The translations under genes and the position numbers were made by a program. The notes beneath the pieces were generated by a model. It was not told the origin of the DNA and searched no databases. It was given only the letters and a program-made list of their open reading frames with translations. 64,000 bases of DNA from positions 832,001 through 896,000 of the forward strand of contig OY771555.1 in assembly GCA_963674785.1 (NCBI GenBank), in the 5' to 3' direction. Origin of the DNA: Caldisericia bacterium (GTDB lineage Bacteria; Caldisericota; Caldisericia; JAAYUI01). Numbering within the stretch: position 1 is the first letter of the stretch; each line of letters opens with the position of its first letter. Shown piece after piece: positions 1 to 10,153 of the stretch.

Positions 1-1044
1 GAGATCAAGGGTGAACTCGAGGTTGGAGCAAAGGTAGTCTTCACAGCATCAGGCAATGAGATTGAAGGATTCACAGTAGATACTCTCACATCAACCCCAA
101 GACCAGAGCCAAAACCAACCCCAGAAGAACCAAAGGCTGAATTTACCGGTGTTGTTGTGGGTGTTGACATCAATGAAAAACTCATCCTCCTTCATGACGG
201 TTCATCTGTTTTCTATAATAAAAACACAACATTTGCAAACGGAATGACACCATCTGTTGGTCAAAAGATAACAAGCACAGCACTCTCATCAAACACACTC
301 AAGGAAGAGAAATTCCAGGATCAGGCAATAATGGTTGCAGTTGATGATAACCCTGATCTTACAGACAGATTTGAAGTGGCGGGAGAATTCACCGATCACA
401 AATGTCTCAACGGCTGTAACTGGATTAAACCAGAGGGTGTAACAGAGGTTGAACTTGATCATGAAAAAACATCCACATATCTGATTATTCCAATGACCGA
501 AGGACATTCAGTAATCACCCCAAGCTACAAGGGTATGACTGTTATCATGGAGGGATTCAGAGCAAGTGGTGTGAATCTTGTTACAAAGGTCACCGTTGTT
601 GACCCACGTGAAGTAAAGACTCATTCAGGAATCATCACCGACATATCAGAAAAAAATATCCTCACTCTTGATGATGGAACAGAGATTGCTATCAGACCAT
701 ACACAAAAAGCTCAAACCCAATAACAACTGGTGCAAAATTCCAGTTCTCATACTGGGAAGATAAATCAGGGAACAAAAAAGCTCTTGAGATTACCGCTTA
801 CAGAGAAGAGAAAAAAATCATCAAAACAGACTGGCTCATTGTTGTAGTCTTTGATGGAGAAAAGCTTGAGCTTTCAGATGGAACGGTCATCATGGTTGAT
901 GAAAACACAGCCATCAAGGAAGCAATCCTCGGAACAAAGCTTGATGAAACGGCAGTCAAAGCGGGACTCAAAGTTCTTTGCGAATATGAAATAAAGGGGG
1001 GTATAAACACTGCACTCGAGATTTCAGTGTTTGTAAACCCATAA
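1..1044 (+). CDS. DUF5666-like repeat protein, 5'-truncated by the window edge
   Basis: The frame is open from base 1 (EIKGELEVGAKVVFTASG...PRPEPKPTPEEP). It has repeated units such as LDDGTEI/LSDGTVIMVDENT...A(L)EI. Its stop overlaps the next ATG (TAATG). Confidence 0.6.
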   Translation, partial: EIKGELEVGAKVVFTASGNEIEGFTVDTLTSTPRPEPKPTPEEPKAEFTGVVVGVDINEKLILLHDGSSVFYNKNTTFANGMTPSVGQKITSTALSSNTLKEEKFQDQAIMVAVDDNPDLTDRFEVAGEFTDHKCLNGCNWIKPEGVTEVELDHEKTSTYLIIPMTEGHSVITPSYKGMTVIMEGFRASGVNLVTKVTVVDPREVKTHSGIITDISEKNILTLDDGTEIAIRPYTKSSNPITTGAKFQFSYWEDKSGNKKALEITAYREEKKIIKTDWLIVVVFDGEKLELSDGTVIMVDENTAIKEAILGTKLDETAVKAGLKVLCEYEIKGGINTALEISVFVNP

Positions 1045-3032
1045 TGAAAAAAACTCTCTGCCTTATCATAGCACTGCTTCTTTTTGCAGGAATCCCTGCC
1101 TTTTATTCGGCGGGGGTTACTGATTTATGGCTGAGTATTGAACCACAAACAGCAAGCCTGAGGGTAGAGATAACAATAAACGTCAAACTTGATGTTGAAA
1201 TAGACACTGAATCTGAAGTACTTGTAATCTTTCCAGAGCAGATGGTTTTGCCATCAGAAATTGCTGATGGACTTGTAACAGTAAATGACCTGCCGGTTTC
1301 AGATGCTCAAGTTGACCCTGAGACCTCAGAAATAACATTTATTACACCAGCAGAAATTGATGATCTTTTGAATCTAACAGTATTTTTTCCGGTATCGGTT
1401 GGAATAAAAAATCCGTTCAAGGGCGGTACATACGGGATTGAAGTCTGGATTGATGGCAACTCCTTTGAGCGAGATTTTGAAATAAAAAGCATCCTTGAGG
1501 ATTTGCCAATTGTATCTGTTTCACCAGACCTGGTGGGAAAACCAGTTTCAGTTAGTGTGCAGATTCCAGCGTGCCCGGAGCTTGATGTTCCTAAAGGTTC
1601 AACATTAAAGCTTATTTTCCCAGAAGAATTTGCCCTTCCTGAGTTTCCTGAGATGGACTATCTTTCTGTAAATGGTGCAACACCACCGGTTATCTCCATT
1701 GAGGAGAATTATTTTCAGATCGTAATCGGTGAAGATATTGATACCAACAAACCAATTCTTATTACTATCTCTCCAGAATTTGGAATACTCTCTCCAAACT
1801 GGCCAGACACGTTCACTCTCACAGTTGAGATTATTGACATCCTTGAAGAAACCGAAAGCGAGCCTTTCCAGTTACAACCTTTAAAATCAACCACAAGCAT
1901 CTCTTTTACACCAGATATTCCTGAAAGTGGATGGTTTTCAGAGTACCCCGAGATCGAGTTTTCAAGTACTGCTGAGCGCGAAATCTATTACTTCCTGGGT
2001 TCAAGTGCAAAAAAATTATTCACCGAACCTTTAAGCATTGAATCAGAAGGAACAATGGTCATAAGTTTCCTTGGTCGTATAAAAAACGGTGGATGGGAAG
2101 CTCCAAAAAAGGTCACAGTAAACATTGATACGGAACCACCAGTCTTTCCAGAGCTTGGTGATACCGCCTTTACGAACCAGGAAGAATACACCTTCACGTA
2201 CTCTGTTTCTGACACATCACCTGTTGAATCGGGAATTGCTGGGGTAGAAGTAGAAGCCCTCGGATCAAACAGATTTGAAGCGACCGTCACACTTTCCCCC
2301 GGGAAAAATGACTTTGTTTTTTACGCTACCGATTCCTGTGGCAGAGAGGTTGAAGTCACAAAAACAATAACACTAGATGTGACACCTCCATCACTTGAAA
2401 TCTTTATTCCGGAAAGGGCATCAGTTCTTTGTGGTAGAATGGTAAATATCGAGGGAATAACTGAGCCTGGTGCAAAGATAATGGTCGCTGGAAACCCAGC
2501 AAATGTTGATGAAACTGGAAGATTTTGGGCAGTCACATCACCTGCTGAGGAAGGTCCTATAAACATTGAAGTTACATCAACAGATCCTGCCGGAAACACG
2601 ACAACAATCATTGTCCCAATAATCTATATTTCGGGTACATCAATCACGATGAAACTTGATTCAAAGAAAGCAAAATTTGCTGGCATTGAAACTGAACTTC
2701 CAATCGCCCCATACAAAGATTTTGAAATAACCTATATACCTCTTGAAAGAATTGCTGAGGCTCTTGACTTCACTCTTGAAAAAGATGATGAAAGCGAAGA
2801 TAAATGGATTTTAAAAGACGACATTGAAGACAGTGAAATATTCTTTGGTGTTGGCGAAAATAAACTTTTCATCCATCGCGAAGGAAGCGTTTTTGAGGTT
2901 GACCTTTCAAACTCACCGGAAAAAAAGGATGATGTTGTCTGTATCCCACTTGAGTTTGTTGGCAAAGTTTTTGGAAAAACTGCAACTGAATTCGCCGATG
3001 GTCAGATAATTATTAGATTTTGTCCGAGGTGA
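1044..3032 (+). CDS. Secreted Ig-like repeat protein with C-terminal stalk (copper amine oxidase N-terminal-like) domain
   Basis: Signal peptide MKKTLCLIIALLLFAG; two FP..LP...VNG...GI.(N/S)P repeats; DTEPP/DVTPP Ig-like junctions; C-terminal YIPLERIAEAL and CIPLEFVGKVFG motifs. Confidence 0.7.
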   Translation: MKKTLCLIIALLLFAGIPAFYSAGVTDLWLSIEPQTASLRVEITINVKLDVEIDTESEVLVIFPEQMVLPSEIADGLVTVNDLPVSDAQVDPETSEITFITPAEIDDLLNLTVFFPVSVGIKNPFKGGTYGIEVWIDGNSFERDFEIKSILEDLPIVSVSPDLVGKPVSVSVQIPACPELDVPKGSTLKLIFPEEFALPEFPEMDYLSVNGATPPVISIEENYFQIVIGEDIDTNKPILITISPEFGILSPNWPDTFTLTVEIIDILEETESEPFQLQPLKSTTSISFTPDIPESGWFSEYPEIEFSSTAEREIYYFLGSSAKKLFTEPLSIESEGTMVISFLGRIKNGGWEAPKKVTVNIDTEPPVFPELGDTAFTNQEEYTFTYSVSDTSPVESGIAGVEVEALGSNRFEATVTLSPGKNDFVFYATDSCGREVEVTKTITLDVTPPSLEIFIPERASVLCGRMVNIEGITEPGAKIMVAGNPANVDETGRFWAVTSPAEEGPINIEVTSTDPAGNTTTIIVPIIYISGTSITMKLDSKKAKFAGIETELPIAPYKDFEITYIPLERIAEALDFTLEKDDESEDKWILKDDIEDSEIFFGVGENKLFIHREGSVFEVDLSNSPEKKDDVVCIPLEFVGKVFGKTATEFADGQIIIRFCPR

Positions 3033-3037
3033 CCAAA

Positions 3038-6000
3038 ATGATTAGAAGAATCATAATAATGTTGATTCTTTTCGCTTTAATTATTCCTGTGGGCGGAGTA
3101 AACGCCGCCTGCGATATAAGTATCTATGACATAATGGTCAATCCTCCAATTGCACAATCAGAGGCATGCATCAGCATCCTCTTTATTTCGTCATGTGATT
3201 ATGGAGAGGGAGAATATCTCACAATCGGACTTCCGCTTGGTTCAGAGCTTCCATATGGATGCAGAAATTGTGGGGCAAACATTGATGGGAGGAGCGACAG
3301 AGTAACATACAGCGGAAATACAATCACAATCCAGCTCAATTCAATGTTAAACTCCGGAAGACACAGGTTTTATATCTGTAATGTAACAAACCCACCAAGC
3401 AAAGGCCCACACTTTGTCACAATCACAACAAGGGACGGTGTCTTTACATCATCACCATTTGATTTTTCTGATACCTCAATAAGGGCAGCAGAAGTTGACG
3501 TTGACCCAGACTATGTTGAGGCGTGCGCGGAATATGAAATCACATTTAAGACATCAGCAACAGAAAGCTCAACATGCGGATGCAAAAAGAAAACATCAAT
3601 AACAATTCAATTCCCAAAAGGATTTGTATTGCCACAGGAGATTGATCCTCAATTTGTTTTGGTAAACGGCAGACCGGTTGCCTATGTCGGTGTAAGCGGT
3701 ACTACAATCACAATCACCCCGCAGAGTAACCTTGATGCAAATCAGACTGTTCGGGTAAAAATCCTCTCTGGTGCAGGGATAATAAACCCAAAAACCCCCG
3801 GGTGGTACAAACTGAAAATCCATACATCAGCAGACAGAATTCCTGCCGAAAGTGAATCTTTCTACATTAGACCATCAACTGTGACAAGAGCAAAGGTCAA
3901 GATTGATGACCCATTCACATGTGCAAAGGGGTCATTTACAATAGATTTTAAAACTGGTCCATATGGCGAGATCAAAAAAGGTCAGGAGATACATATCATC
4001 TTCCCGCCAGGCTTTACCATACCTGAAGAGATTGGTGAAGGAAGTGTCGCAATAAACAATGTTCCCGTTACAAACATTCCAAAATATGGGGTTGATAATA
4101 TCGATGGCTGGAAAAGAATAATGATTGATTCACCGGTAGATGTTGCCGCGGAATCAGATATTCAGATCATTATCTTCGAATCAGCCGGCATAGTGTTACC
4201 TGAAAACCCGGGAAGTGATTACCAACTCGACATAAGAACCTCGTCTGAGTTTTACCGTGTGCCATCATGGAGTTTCTCAATCTCAAACTCCAGACTCAGG
4301 AATGTCACTCTCGAAATATCTCCAGTATTTGTGAGTCTTCCATCTGTCACCAAGGTCACTTTCAAACTTGGCGGATGTGGAAACCTTAAACCTGGATATG
4401 ACACAATAAATGTTTCTTTTGGAACCGATTTCTGGTTTCCAGAAACCACACTCATGACAGACATCACCGTAAATGGAGTACCAGTTGATAAGCTGGTTAT
4501 AGTTGATGGACATAAAATAACTCTATCGCCTCCAGAAGAAATCGCAGGTGGTGAATGGGTGACCATTGTTTTTGGTGAAAAATGTGGAATAAGAAATCCG
4601 TCAAAAGCAGGAGTTGCCCACAAAGTCAGGGTATGGACAAACCGTGAACCTGAGCCTTCCCCGTCAACTGTTGTGATTTTTGCGACCACAAAAATCAGCG
4701 GTGTCCATGTGGAACTTGATAAACACATGACCACAAAATGGACTGGTGGAAAAATCAGCTTTGTTCTTGGAAAAGCAGGGGCTTTAAAATCCGGCTCTGA
4801 AATCAAGGTTGTTTTCCCAGAAGATTTTGATTTTAAAGGTTCTGTTTCGACCAGAACAATCACAATAAATGGTGAAAAACCGAAGAGAGTTTCCTGGAGC
4901 AGTCCAATTCTAATTTTAAGTAACAATAATGATATTGAAGCAGGCTCAGCAGTTGAGATTGGCATCAATGAAGCAGCGAACCTCAGAAACCCAGAGACTG
5001 CTGGTTACTACAGTATTTTTGTTTCAACATCTGCCGAACCTGAACCAATTCCATCGGTTGAATTCGGTGTTAATGACCCGATGAATATCATCTGCAAGCT
5101 CACACCGGAAGAGCCTGATGGACTCGATGGTTGGTATGCAACTCAGCCCACTCTTGAGATAATCGCAGATAATTCTCTCGATGATTACCCGCAGATATAC
5201 TGCGATATTAATTTTGAGGTGATGCCATACACGGCACCGATGCTTCTTGAGGATGGATTTACAGTCATCACAATCACAGCAAAAGATAAGTTTGGTAACA
5301 CAGCAGAACACAGCCTTAGTCTTGAGATTGACTCACATCCGCCAACATTTGAACCCGAATCAGGGAGAATTTATTCCAGATCAAAAAGCCATCGCGAGTC
5401 TGTGGAAGTTGCTGAAGAAAACAAGTTTACGGTTGATTACGATGAAGGAGCTGATTTTGATATCGAAGTAACCAGGTCTGGAATGGTCTTCATCACAACC
5501 CGATGCCAGGAAGAAAAGACGATCAAAACAAGTTTCACAGCAACAGATGAGGCTGGAAACTCAGCCACATGGGAGCGTGAAATAGTTTTTGACTGGACAG
5601 AACCGGTGCTTGAGCTTCCAAAAACAATAGAAACAAAAACAAGTGTGTGCGAAATATCTGGAAAAACTGAACCCGGAAGCACACTCATGTGCACATATGA
5701 AAAAGGTTTCATCATCAATGTCGATGATGATGGCAGCTTCAGATTCGAGATAAGGGTAAAAGATGGCTTCAACAAGATCAGTTTCACATCCACTGATTCT
5801 GCTGGAAACAGAACAGAAGGATCAGTTTCCGTTTACGCCAACCTTAAAAGCACAGTTGTAATTGAGATTGGTAAAACTGAGGCAACTGTAAACGGAGAGT
5901 CAACAAATCTCTCTCATGCCCCGTACCTCAAAGATGGCAATACTATGATCCCACTAAGATTTGTCAGCAGCTCACTTGGTGCTGAGATCGGGTATGATGC

Positions 6001-6220
6001 CCAAACAAAGAAGATCACTGTCAAGCTTGCAAAGAGAATGGTTGAGATGATAATCGGCAATAAAACAGCTCTAGTAAACGGAGAAGCCCTCGAAATGCCC
6101 GTTGAGCCAGAACTTGTCTCGGGGTCAACCTTTGTGCCACTCAGATTTCTTTGCGAAAATCTGAACATGAAGATAAGTGTTTCTGGCAAAAAGATTACGA
6201 TTTCATATGTTGCGGAGTAA
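3038..6220 (+). CDS. Large secreted beta-sandwich repeat protein with C-terminal stalk domain
   Basis: Start moved to ATG 3038 (GAGGT SD, signal peptide MIRRIIIML). About five ~130-aa repeats, Ig-like domains, and stalk motifs TMIPLRFVSSSLGA and TFVPLRFLCENL. Confidence 0.75.
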   Translation: MIRRIIIMLILFALIIPVGGVNAACDISIYDIMVNPPIAQSEACISILFISSCDYGEGEYLTIGLPLGSELPYGCRNCGANIDGRSDRVTYSGNTITIQLNSMLNSGRHRFYICNVTNPPSKGPHFVTITTRDGVFTSSPFDFSDTSIRAAEVDVDPDYVEACAEYEITFKTSATESSTCGCKKKTSITIQFPKGFVLPQEIDPQFVLVNGRPVAYVGVSGTTITITPQSNLDANQTVRVKILSGAGIINPKTPGWYKLKIHTSADRIPAESESFYIRPSTVTRAKVKIDDPFTCAKGSFTIDFKTGPYGEIKKGQEIHIIFPPGFTIPEEIGEGSVAINNVPVTNIPKYGVDNIDGWKRIMIDSPVDVAAESDIQIIIFESAGIVLPENPGSDYQLDIRTSSEFYRVPSWSFSISNSRLRNVTLEISPVFVSLPSVTKVTFKLGGCGNLKPGYDTINVSFGTDFWFPETTLMTDITVNGVPVDKLVIVDGHKITLSPPEEIAGGEWVTIVFGEKCGIRNPSKAGVAHKVRVWTNREPEPSPSTVVIFATTKISGVHVELDKHMTTKWTGGKISFVLGKAGALKSGSEIKVVFPEDFDFKGSVSTRTITINGEKPKRVSWSSPILILSNNNDIEAGSAVEIGINEAANLRNPETAGYYSIFVSTSAEPEPIPSVEFGVNDPMNIICKLTPEEPDGLDGWYATQPTLEIIADNSLDDYPQIYCDINFEVMPYTAPMLLEDGFTVITITAKDKFGNTAEHSLSLEIDSHPPTFEPESGRIYSRSKSHRESVEVAEENKFTVDYDEGADFDIEVTRSGMVFITTRCQEEKTIKTSFTATDEAGNSATWEREIVFDWTEPVLELPKTIETKTSVCEISGKTEPGSTLMCTYEKGFIINVDDDGSFRFEIRVKDGFNKISFTSTDSAGNRTEGSVSVYANLKSTVVIEIGKTEATVNGESTNLSHAPYLKDGNTMIPLRFVSSSLGAEIGYDAQTKKITVKLAKRMVEMIIGNKTALVNGEALEMPVEPELVSGSTFVPLRFLCENLNMKISVSGKKITISYVAE

Positions 6221-6278
6221 GCCTCCGAATAAGGTGATTCTATAATTCGCTTGCATCATCTTTCGGGTCTGATCCCCA

Positions 6279-6530
6279 CGCCATTCCAGGCAGTTTCTGA
6301 GTTCAGTTTACACTGAGTTTACCTACGTGCCAAGGGGTGACCCGGAATTTCTCCCCTCGTCATTCCCGTCCCGCATCATGCTTCGGCTAAGCTCAGCAAC
6401 CGTGCGGGATGACTGATCGGGAATCCAGGGTTACTTTTGACGTATGAATTCTCTATTCGATAACTCTTGATGTTGGAAAAATCATTTCACCAGACAAAAA
6501 CAAATTTGCTTTTTTATGCCCTAGACCCCG
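6279..6530. repeat. Cluster 1 of CGTC-tagged (REP/dRS3-like) palindromes with nested insertions
   Basis: CGTCATTCCCG...TGATCGGGAATCC and CGCCATTCCAGGC...TGACCCGGAAT units with CTTCG...CTCAG inserts; homologous in reverse orientation to 19562-19985. Confidence 0.85.
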
Positions 6531-6751
6531 GTCTTCACCCCTTAGCCTTGACATACAATCATGAAATGTTGAATGATGAGCATTATAGCATCTCTACACA
6601 GTCTATACTTTTTAATTTGTGACAAAACCTTAGACATAACCAGACGATTCACAACTTCATTTTTATGAAACAAAAACATTAGAAACTAATTTGCATTAAC
6701 AAGATTTTAGCATTATTATTCCCATATCCTAAATTCCTGGGGGTATGTAAA

Positions 6752-8176
6752 ATGCCAAAGAATGTAAAGCTGACTATTGCGATATTTGTTGCCGTTTTCT
6801 TGATTATTCCGATTACTGCTTTTCTGATAAACAAATCAAATTCTGAAGCAATATTTTTAAAAACTGGCTCAAAACACTCATCAAGGCCAACAATTGTATT
6901 AGACTCAAATGATAACCCTCATCTCTCGTGGCTTTCGAGTAGGCTTCATAACAGTTATTCATATGATGATTTCTCAATAAACTACATCAAAAAGGTTGAC
7001 GGGGAATGGGTTAACATTTCTGGCGAAAAACTCGAAAATAAAAACTCAGTAGTCATAAACAATATAGGATATGCTCGGAATGAAAACCTTATTCTGGATA
7101 AAGATGACAATCCACACTTTGTCTGGACAAATGAACATTACAATAGTCATGACGGATATACAGACATAAAATACATTATTGGAAAAAACGATAAATGGTT
7201 GCTTGCAGATGGTCAAAAAAATCACTCTGAATCAGGGGAGATGACAAAAGGGCTGATTGGTCAGGCACCAGTTTTAGCTGTGGATAATAATTGTAATCCT
7301 CATGTAATCTATTTTGGTGGTTTGGATGAAATGGACAGTAGTTTAAAGTATTCCAAGTGGGATGACATAGGCTGGGTTACGGCTGAGGGTAAAGTTTTAT
7401 CCGAAGAAAATATCAAAGATATTCCAATCTATCCAAGTTGGGAAAATTCATCAACAGCGATAAAAATAGACAAAAAAGGGAATCCTTGTGTCTCATGGAT
7501 CAGCAGAGGTAAACATGAACCATGGGGAGACCCACAAAAAAGGGCAGCATTTTTCATGAAATGGGATGGAAAAGATTGGTGCAATGCAGGTGGCCAAAAA
7601 TACGATGCAACTGAGAATCTTGAAATGTTCAAAATCGCTGTCATTGATTGCTACGGTGGTTTTCACGATCTTGAGCTGGATAGTAACGACAACCCTCATA
7701 TTGCCTGGTATGGAGATGCAGAAGAATATGGATTTTCACTGGAATATGGAAAATTATTTTACGCTAAATGGAATGGTGACGAATGGGTTGATATTAACGG
7801 AATTGACCAGAGCAATCAACGCATTAATCCATTCATATCAGGTCTAGGAAGATGGGGAATTGACAGCACATCATTTGTACTTGATTCTAATAACAACCCT
7901 CATTTTTTGTGGACACATGAAGGCAAAGAACTCCACTACTCGAAATGGGATGGTTCAAAATGGGTCAATATTAAAAAAGAAGAAAATACTAGAGAGAACA
8001 CAAATATCACAAAGTCAAAATACTATGTATGTAGCATTTCATTTGATTTGGATTCGAAAGATGATCCTTTCATAGTTTGGGGAATAAATGATTCTGTTCC
8101 AAATCTCAACAAGATCTGTTATCTGGAATGGAACGGCAAAAACTGGGTAACGGCAAATGGGAAGGTCTACAGATGA
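6752..8176 (+). CDS. Exported seven-repeat beta-propeller-like protein
   Basis: N-terminal hydrophobic anchor; seven copies of (L/V)DS..NPH..W...Y.KW(D/N)G..W. Confidence 0.7.
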   Translation: MPKNVKLTIAIFVAVFLIIPITAFLINKSNSEAIFLKTGSKHSSRPTIVLDSNDNPHLSWLSSRLHNSYSYDDFSINYIKKVDGEWVNISGEKLENKNSVVINNIGYARNENLILDKDDNPHFVWTNEHYNSHDGYTDIKYIIGKNDKWLLADGQKNHSESGEMTKGLIGQAPVLAVDNNCNPHVIYFGGLDEMDSSLKYSKWDDIGWVTAEGKVLSEENIKDIPIYPSWENSSTAIKIDKKGNPCVSWISRGKHEPWGDPQKRAAFFMKWDGKDWCNAGGQKYDATENLEMFKIAVIDCYGGFHDLELDSNDNPHIAWYGDAEEYGFSLEYGKLFYAKWNGDEWVDINGIDQSNQRINPFISGLGRWGIDSTSFVLDSNNNPHFLWTHEGKELHYSKWDGSKWVNIKKEENTRENTNITKSKYYVCSISFDLDSKDDPFIVWGINDSVPNLNKICYLEWNGKNWVTANGKVYR

Positions 8177-9183
8177 TAAAAAATTTCAGCATTGAAAAGA
8201 TTTCGATTAAACCGCTGGCAATTGGAGCAATTGTTTTCTTTTTAACCACTGTGATTGTTTACTTCACCATGGTCAACAACATTTTTGTCCCAGATGACCC
8301 TGCATATGTGAGTGATGAAATTCACAGTGCAAAAGATCCAAGAATAACACTCGATAGCTCTGATGTTCCATATATCTCATGGAATCAGGGGAATCCTGAA
8401 GAAACTGTTTATATCAGAAAAGATGGCAACAAATGGGTGGATGCTCCGGGAGAAATTGTTCCAGACCCAAACGGCAATGGTGTTTTTCATCTCCTGAGAA
8501 CTGAGAATAAAAATTCCAATATCAGTTATGATTATAAAAATCACAAACTAGAAACCCAATTTGAAAAAGACGGAAAAACCCAACATTTGTTCATCAATAC
8601 TAACCAAGATTTCATTATCACAGAGGCTATTGCAGTTGATTCGAATGAAAACCCACATGTAGTCTGGATTGAGTCATTAACAAAGAATCTTGATATCATT
8701 AAGCTAATCTATATAAAGTGGGACGGTAACGACTGGGTATATGGAGATGGTCAGAAATTTGATCCAGAAAACAAAAAATATCTAATAGATACTATAATGA
8801 CACGACATGGAAATCTTGAAATAATAATCGATCCAACTGATAAACCACACATTGTTTATGATGGAAATTACAGGGATCAAGACTCTGAATATGATTATGA
8901 ATCCTATAACTCAATTTATTATCTCAGATGGAATGGTCAGGACTGGGTAACGGCAGACGGAAAATCAATTGAAAATGGTATCGATAAAGGCTCTCTTATC
9001 ATCAATGATACAGGAATTGAACAGGTCGATTTTGCACTCGATTCAAGCAATTTCCCTCACATTGTCTGGGGCAGCTGGGTATATAACAAAGACCCGATAT
9101 ACGAGATAGGATTTGGCAGCAGGATTAAGTATGTCTTCTGGAATGGCAAAAACTGGGTGACAGCAAAGGGGAAGGGGTATTAA
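8173..9183 (+). CDS. Paralogous exported beta-propeller-like protein with fewer repeats
   Basis: ATG 8173 overlaps the upstream TGA (ATGA); same repeat; ends WNGKNWVTAKGK like the upstream gene. Confidence 0.7.
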   Translation: MIKNFSIEKISIKPLAIGAIVFFLTTVIVYFTMVNNIFVPDDPAYVSDEIHSAKDPRITLDSSDVPYISWNQGNPEETVYIRKDGNKWVDAPGEIVPDPNGNGVFHLLRTENKNSNISYDYKNHKLETQFEKDGKTQHLFINTNQDFIITEAIAVDSNENPHVVWIESLTKNLDIIKLIYIKWDGNDWVYGDGQKFDPENKKYLIDTIMTRHGNLEIIIDPTDKPHIVYDGNYRDQDSEYDYESYNSIYYLRWNGQDWVTADGKSIENGIDKGSLIINDTGIEQVDFALDSSNFPHIVWGSWVYNKDPIYEIGFGSRIKYVFWNGKNWVTAKGKGY

Positions 9184-9186
9184 GAG

Positions 9187-10089
9187 ATGAAGAAATTAAT
9201 TGGTATTGCTGTTTTGGCAATCCTTATTTTGTCTGTTGGGTGCGGAATGCCAAAATATTACCAAGAAGGCAGCATAAAATTTTTTGTAGATTTTGCAGTT
9301 CATGGAGTATTTAGTCAGTATTCACAGATGGAGGAGCAAGAAATATACGAACATATCCAGTTAATTGGTCAAAAATCTGATGAATTCTTGTTAACATTGC
9401 TCGATTCTGGCTCTACTATACCTAATGATCCCAAAATGTTAGGGAAATATGCCTGGATAACAATCTTAAGAAGCTGTTTGGATTTCGAGCAAGATAATGG
9501 ATTTGGTTCAAGTTTTGAAAATCCTGGAATATTTGGAGTATTCACAAGAGAGCTTGAAATAAAGTCAATTAATCGAGTGGTCGAATTAGGATATCTTCGG
9601 TATACTCCTGCTGAAAAAATTTTCGAGGAAGAAAGTGAACTAGATGAGATTTTGAGAATGTTTATCCCGTATGATAGGTCAAATTTTCCGGTATGGGAGG
9701 ATGAATCCTTTCGGGAAAAATGGGACATCTACACAAGCAATGAGTATTATGACGAAACAAAGAAAAAATCAGGGGAGCTTGCCGAAAAACTCTTGTCTGA
9801 AAAGGTTTTAAACTATAATGGCAGCGAAAAAATGAACAAAGATGAGGAGATTGAGTTTTTTCATGCACTCATCTTCAGATGGCAGTATGAGTTTGATAAA
9901 TTCAATGAATCTTTTGTCCCATTTGATAGTAATGGTCTTATCAATAAGTGGCAGGATTTCCTTATCAATGAGTTTAGAGATCGAGAAAACACGATTGAGA
10001 TAAGAGATATTGAATCCCTGAAGGCTTCCGTTGATTTGGTTTATGGATTAGATGTCCAGAGAGATACAATCAGAATTGATGAGAAGTAG
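9187..10089 (+). CDS. Hypothetical lipoprotein
   Basis: Lipobox-type signal MKKLIGIAVLAILILSVGC; 300-aa ORF. Confidence 0.65.
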   Translation: MKKLIGIAVLAILILSVGCGMPKYYQEGSIKFFVDFAVHGVFSQYSQMEEQEIYEHIQLIGQKSDEFLLTLLDSGSTIPNDPKMLGKYAWITILRSCLDFEQDNGFGSSFENPGIFGVFTRELEIKSINRVVELGYLRYTPAEKIFEEESELDEILRMFIPYDRSNFPVWEDESFREKWDIYTSNEYYDETKKKSGELAEKLLSEKVLNYNGSEKMNKDEEIEFFHALIFRWQYEFDKFNESFVPFDSNGLINKWQDFLINEFRDRENTIEIRDIESLKASVDLVYGLDVQRDTIRIDEK

Positions 10090-10153
10090 TAATCCCTGAA
10101 AACTAAATTCAACTTTGATTTCAGCTCAAGTCGCGTATGAGGTAAAGGACGAG

